DNA of 55,390 bases from a virus. Its lineage: Duplodnaviria > Caudoviricetes. Positions 52,096-55,390 of this stretch are shown here, piece by piece. How positions within the stretch are numbered: the first letter of the stretch is position 1; each line of letters opens with the position of its first letter. Below the pieces are notes generated by a model. The model had not been told where the DNA came from. It searched no databases and saw only the letters and a program-made list of their open reading frames with translations. The position numbers were made by a program, and so were the translations under genes. The DNA is taken from IMG/VR virus record IMGVR_UViG_3300036790_000109, positions 1-55,390 of that record; one strand, 5' to 3'.

Positions 52096-52412
52096 CGATC
52101 TACTCCCAACATGCGGCCGAGCACCCAGTGACTGCCTGTTATGACGCCCGCGATGGATGTGAAGAGAAGCCAGCGCTCGCGGCTTACCGCGGCGGTCTTC
52201 AGCGACCGCAGCCAGTTGCGCTGAATGTCAGACGAAGAGTGCACGGTGTTGCGCAGTGCCCAGAACGTGTCGAGCGCTACAGCCAAGAAGTCTTCCTTGT
52301 CGACGTTACGCATGCGCCCCGTGTAGTGACCGGCCGCCTCGAGCATTCGCGCGGCGTGCGGCGGCTGGAACATGTCACGCTCGAACGTCTCTCTGTCTTC
52401 TGTGTAAATCAC
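52092..52412 (-). CDS. Hypothetical protein
   Basis: GTG 52412 with GGAG SD; GTGA-coupled. Confidence 0.6.
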   Translation of the reverse strand: MIYTEDRETFERDMFQPPHAARMLEAAGHYTGRMRNVDKEDFLAVALDTFWALRNTVHSSSDIQRNWLRSLKTAAVSRERWLLFTSIAGVITGSHWVLGRMLGVDR

Positions 52413-52594
52413 AGGCAGTCTCCATGGCACTCACAGGCGTTGCATTGAGCGTCGAACAGGTCAGCTTCGGCCGTCTCGGCGCGACTTATGGCGGCGTCCA
52501 ACTGCGACATCAGGCCGTCGCGTAACTTCTCCAGTTCTTCTACCTTGTTGCGCAAGTGCCAGTTCTCGCGGCTTAGCTCCAGTGATAAGCTCAT
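52409..52594 (-). CDS. Small coiled-coil protein
   Basis: ATGA-coupled to the helicase half. Confidence 0.6.
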   Translation of the reverse strand: MSLSLELSRENWHLRNKVEELEKLRDGLMSQLDAAISRAETAEADLFDAQCNACECHGDCL

Positions 52595-53967
52595 CCCAGC
52601 CAGCCCTCTGATCCGGATGTTACGAGCGATGTCAGCGAGACGCGGTCCTCGCCGTGTTTGAACGCCATGCGCTTGGCAATCAGGCTAGTGAGCGCGGCCA
52701 CGGCGTGCGAACGACGCTGGTCGCGGCCGTCGCCGCGCGGCACGCGCGCCTTGAAACCTTCGATCAAGTCCTCTTCAGCCACCGTGCCGGAGGGCGCCAT
52801 CGTCTTCAGGAGATCGTGAATGATCGCCTCGCGCGGCCCGAGCTTGGCTTTGCGGGTGCTCGGCGTGTTCTCCGGCGCGTTCTCAACGTGTTCGATCACG
52901 CAGCTTGACTCCTCTTCCCCGTCCGCATCGACCCCGAGCGGGACGACCTTCAACTTGAAACTGTGCGACTCGCCATCCGAGCCGTCTTTCATCTTGGTGA
53001 CGGTGGCGGCACGGAAATCACCATTTCGAGTGATCTCGATTTCTGCATCGGCAGCAGCACGGAGCCCGCTCCAGCCGCGAGCACCTTTCGCTGCATCCTT
53101 ACCCGAATGATGGATAAGGACGACAAGTGCTCCGGTCTGTTGATGGAGGAACTTGCAATGGGACAGGACGAGGCCCATATCCTCACCCGAATTCTCGTTC
53201 CCGCCAGGCGTCGTAGCAGAGAGAGTGTCGACGACCAGGACATCTAGGCTGCCCCACGTGAGGATTGCTCTCGTGAGCGCTGCAACGTCTTTCGGCTCGC
53301 GTAGATTTGGCGCGTCGGATATGACACCCACATCCAGTTCAGCCAGCTCCACTTGATGCCCCCGAGCGTACGCCCGGAGTCGCGCTTTAAATCCGCCAGC
53401 ACCTTCCGCGCAAACGTATCCCACCCGTCCTTTAGCGGTGCGCTTACTGCGCCACTCGATCCCCCGGGAAACTGCCGCGCACAGATCGAGAGCAAGGAAC
53501 GTTTTACCGCTCCCAGATTCTCCATAGATAACGGCCAGTTCAGCGCGAGGCAGCATGCCACGCACAAGCCACTCCATTGGCGCGCCGCTTGAGAACTCAA
53601 CTGCTGAATGGACTGTGAAACGGCTTGCTGCGTCTGGGCTGTCATGGACTTGGAGTTCCTCAGTTACTCGCGGTAGCGGGCCGAGATCAGCAAGCTCATC
53701 GGTCGAGCGAGCGCACCGGATCTCTGGACAGGTGTTAGCGAGTTCCACCATTGCGTGATAGCTTGGTCGATCAGTGATTGGAAGTTCTTCACTGCCGCGA
53801 TCTCGGTCCCCAAACAGGTGAAGTCGTACGAGATCGAAAGCTGAATGCGTTCCCCTCGCCGGATCTGTGTCGTGGTGCGAAGTAATGCTGGTATCGTCGT
53901 CATAGACAGCAACCCCTTCAGGTCGTGAGCCGGCGGTGTAGGTCCATCGGGATGTTTCGCGCGTCAA
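52591..53967 (-). CDS. C-terminal half of split primase-helicase (rest of primase accessory domain plus AAA_25/RepA-like helicase)
   Basis: RWTYTAGS..G..VYDD...SHHDTDP....SAFDLVRLHLFG; GESGSGKT, VVDTL, IHHSGKD...ARGWS; probable TTG start 53967. Confidence 0.85.
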   Translation of the reverse strand: MTRETSRWTYTAGSRPEGVAVYDDDTSITSHHDTDPARGTHSAFDLVRLHLFGDRDRGSEELPITDRPSYHAMVELANTCPEIRCARSTDELADLGPLPRVTEELQVHDSPDAASRFTVHSAVEFSSGAPMEWLVRGMLPRAELAVIYGESGSGKTFLALDLCAAVSRGIEWRSKRTAKGRVGYVCAEGAGGFKARLRAYARGHQVELAELDVGVISDAPNLREPKDVAALTRAILTWGSLDVLVVDTLSATTPGGNENSGEDMGLVLSHCKFLHQQTGALVVLIHHSGKDAAKGARGWSGLRAAADAEIEITRNGDFRAATVTKMKDGSDGESHSFKLKVVPLGVDADGEEESSCVIEHVENAPENTPSTRKAKLGPREAIIHDLLKTMAPSGTVAEEDLIEGFKARVPRGDGRDQRRSHAVAALTSLIAKRMAFKHGEDRVSLTSLVTSGSEGWLG

Positions 53968-54080
53968 CGGAGCACCCAGCCGGCGTACAGGTTGATGCCC
54001 TTGATGATCCACGGCAGCGCGAGCACGGAGCACACCGCGAACACCGTGAACTTAACCCAGAACCGTGTTTCATCGCTCAT
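53964..54080 (-). CDS. Small membrane peptide (38 aa)
   Basis: Manual translation MSDETRFWVKFTVFAVCSVLALPWIIKGINLYAGWVLR; coupled on both sides. Confidence 0.6.
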   Translation of the reverse strand: MSDETRFWVKFTVFAVCSVLALPWIIKGINLYAGWVLR

Positions 54081-54976
54081 GCATCAAACCAGTCCGGTTG
54101 CTTCGATGAACGCCGCGGCGACTTGCGGTACGATTGCATTGCCGTAGCCCCGCAGGAGTCCCACACGGCCGGGTATCCCATGAGCCAACGGGAATGAGCC
54201 GGGTTCAACTGGCCGCCACTTGCCGTCTCGGCACCACACAACGTCGCTTGGCGTCCAAGGAGCGCGTTCACCGGCACGTCCGCCTGCTGACACGCCCCGT
54301 CCTTCCAGTCCCGTGTTGTTGTTGTTGCCCAGCCGGCTTGCAAGCTCAGGCTCGTCAAGCTGACGCCGCACGCCCCGTTCAGCGCCGCCTTTCGCTCGAG
54401 GAATCGCTCCGGAGTACCGCCCGCTTCCCTCGCCGCTGACATCGCCCAGCTCGCCGCGTCGACCAGCGTCGTCCCCGCGTGCGCCTTCTTCGCCCCGGGC
54501 GACCGCTTCGCCGTTGCGTTGCGCGTGTTCGATGCGTCCAAGGTGGTGGTGGTGGGCCACCCAGTAGAGGCGCTGCCTGATGTGCGGTGCCCCGACGCCC
54601 GCAGCGCACAAATCTGCCGCTTGGCAGGCGTAGTCCGAACCTTCCAAGTCAGCGAGAACAACGTCGAGCCACGCGAGGCCAGCCGGGCTCGCAACCTGCT
54701 CTCCAAAGATGACTGAAGGCGCGTGCTGGTCGATGAGGTACCCGAAGGAGGGCCAAAGGTGCCGAGGATCATCAAACCCTCCGCCTTTGCCTGCCGCGCT
54801 GAAAGGTTGGCAGGGGCAAGAGCCGGTCCACACGGCTCGGTCGTCGGGCCATCCAGCCAATCGGAGCGCGTACGACCAGCCGCCAATGCCGGCGAAGAAG
54901 TGACACTGGGTATATCCAACCAAGTCTCCAGGTCTAACGTCATCAATGGACCGCCCATCAACATGACCGCTGGCAA
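54077..54976 (-). CDS. Alternative-frame (beta-like) subunit of C5 DNA methyltransferase; start uncertain
   Basis: WPT-type repeats and motif IX-like GQLNPAHSRWLMGYP; its stop overlaps the next ATG. Confidence 0.6.
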   Translation of the reverse strand: MPAVMLMGGPLMTLDLETWLDIPSVTSSPALAAGRTRSDWLDGPTTEPCGPALAPANLSARQAKAEGLMILGTFGPPSGTSSTSTRLQSSLESRLRARLASRGSTLFSLTWKVRTTPAKRQICALRASGHRTSGSASTGWPTTTTLDASNTRNATAKRSPGAKKAHAGTTLVDAASWAMSAAREAGGTPERFLERKAALNGACGVSLTSLSLQAGWATTTTRDWKDGACQQADVPVNALLGRQATLCGAETASGGQLNPAHSRWLMGYPAVWDSCGATAMQSYRKSPRRSSKQPDWFDA

Positions 54977-55052
54977 TGTGGCCTTCTTTGATCAACTCAC
55001 GAAGCCACGCGGCAGCGCGCGGATCGTTCTCGTTGTAGTAGGCGAGGGCCAT
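54084..55052 (-). CDS. DNA (cytosine-5) methyltransferase, alpha-like subunit
   Basis: FFAGIGG, GSCPCQPFS, GEQV, PHIRQRLY, GYGNAIVPQV. Confidence 0.92.
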   Translation of the reverse strand: MALAYYNENDPRAAAWLRELIKEGHIASGHVDGRSIDDVRPGDLVGYTQCHFFAGIGGWSYALRLAGWPDDRAVWTGSCPCQPFSAAGKGGGFDDPRHLWPSFGYLIDQHAPSVIFGEQVASPAGLAWLDVVLADLEGSDYACQAADLCAAGVGAPHIRQRLYWVAHHHHLGRIEHAQRNGEAVARGEEGARGDDAGRRGELGDVSGEGSGRYSGAIPRAKGGAERGVRRQLDEPELASRLGNNNNTGLEGRGVSAGGRAGERAPWTPSDVVWCRDGKWRPVEPGSFPLAHGIPGRVGLLRGYGNAIVPQVAAAFIEATGLV

Positions 55053-55065
55053 AGTTCTTACGGCA

Positions 55066-55390
55066 CTATTCCTTGACCATGACGAATTTGCCGCGCTTCA
55101 GCGTGTACCACGTATCCGCTTTAATGCCTGATGTCTTACCAACAACAGCTCCAGCGGCAGCGATCACGTTTCCGTAGTCGTCGCGTTCCACGAGGAGGAG
55201 GGCGCACCCATCCGCGCCCTTAACTTTGCCCTGGTAGCCAGTTGCACTCGCCGCGCCCCGGTCGCCAGTTGCACTCGCCGCGCCCCGGTCGCCAGTTGCA
55301 CTCGCCGCGCCCCGGTCGCCAGTTGCACTCGCCGCGCCCTGGACGCCAGTTGCACTCGCCGCGCCCCGGTCGCCAGTTGCACTCGCCGCG
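55066..55390 (-). CDS. DUF7666-like repeat protein, C-terminal part
   Basis: Repeats, then GKVKGADGCALLLVER...GIKADTWYTLKRGKFVMVKE and stop at 55066. Confidence 0.85.
   Translation of the reverse strand, partial: AASATGDRGAASATGVQGAASATGDRGAASATGDRGAASATGDRGAASATGYQGKVKGADGCALLLVERDDYGNVIAAAGAVVGKTSGIKADTWYTLKRGKFVMVKE
55228..55390 (-). repeat. 27-bp tandem repeat, ~6 units, same as 1-324
   Basis: Identical unit sequence; the window ends mid-unit. Confidence 0.97.

Noticed and set aside
53940-53990. Intron, split intein or ribosomal hop rejoining the primase halves
   Set aside because: No intein termini, no group I/II intron features and no matched junction repeats; a ~2-kb gene-filled gap is far beyond known bypassing distances.

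Overview
The window looks like a near-complete, probably circularly permuted ~55-kb genome of a GC-rich tailed dsDNA phage with podovirus-type morphogenesis genes. Both ends lie inside the same 27-bp tandem repeat of one minus-strand gene. The plus strand (~7.4-39.2 kb) carries the late arm: terminases, T7-gp8-like portal, scaffold, capsid, a glycosyl/methyltransferase cluster, tail tubular A/B, internal virion proteins, tail spike and fibre, and a GH19 endolysin. The minus strand (6.4 kb down to 1, then 55.4 down to 39.2 kb) carries early genes and an APSE/BPP-1-like replication module: primase-helicase, DUF2800 nuclease, DUF2815 SSB, family A polymerase, VRR-NUC and SNF2 helicase. No integrase is recognisable. 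Top finding: where the two arms converge there is a dif-like site (good XerC arm, degenerate XerD arm, 39686-39713) just upstream of an HTH+DUF3653-like (XafT-like) gene. This suggests a tailed phage that integrates at the host dif site via XerCD with its own activation factor. Other notable items: a primase-helicase split mid-domain by a cassette of repeat protein, two-frame C5 methyltransferase and a peptide; a mini-Hint domain on a putative virion protein; an Acb2/Tad1-like sponge; atypical polymerase motifs; three structured intergenic RNA candidates; an iteron/IHF region; and a recurrent acidic-Trp-Leu terminal motif. All family calls come from motif recognition by eye; no searches were run.
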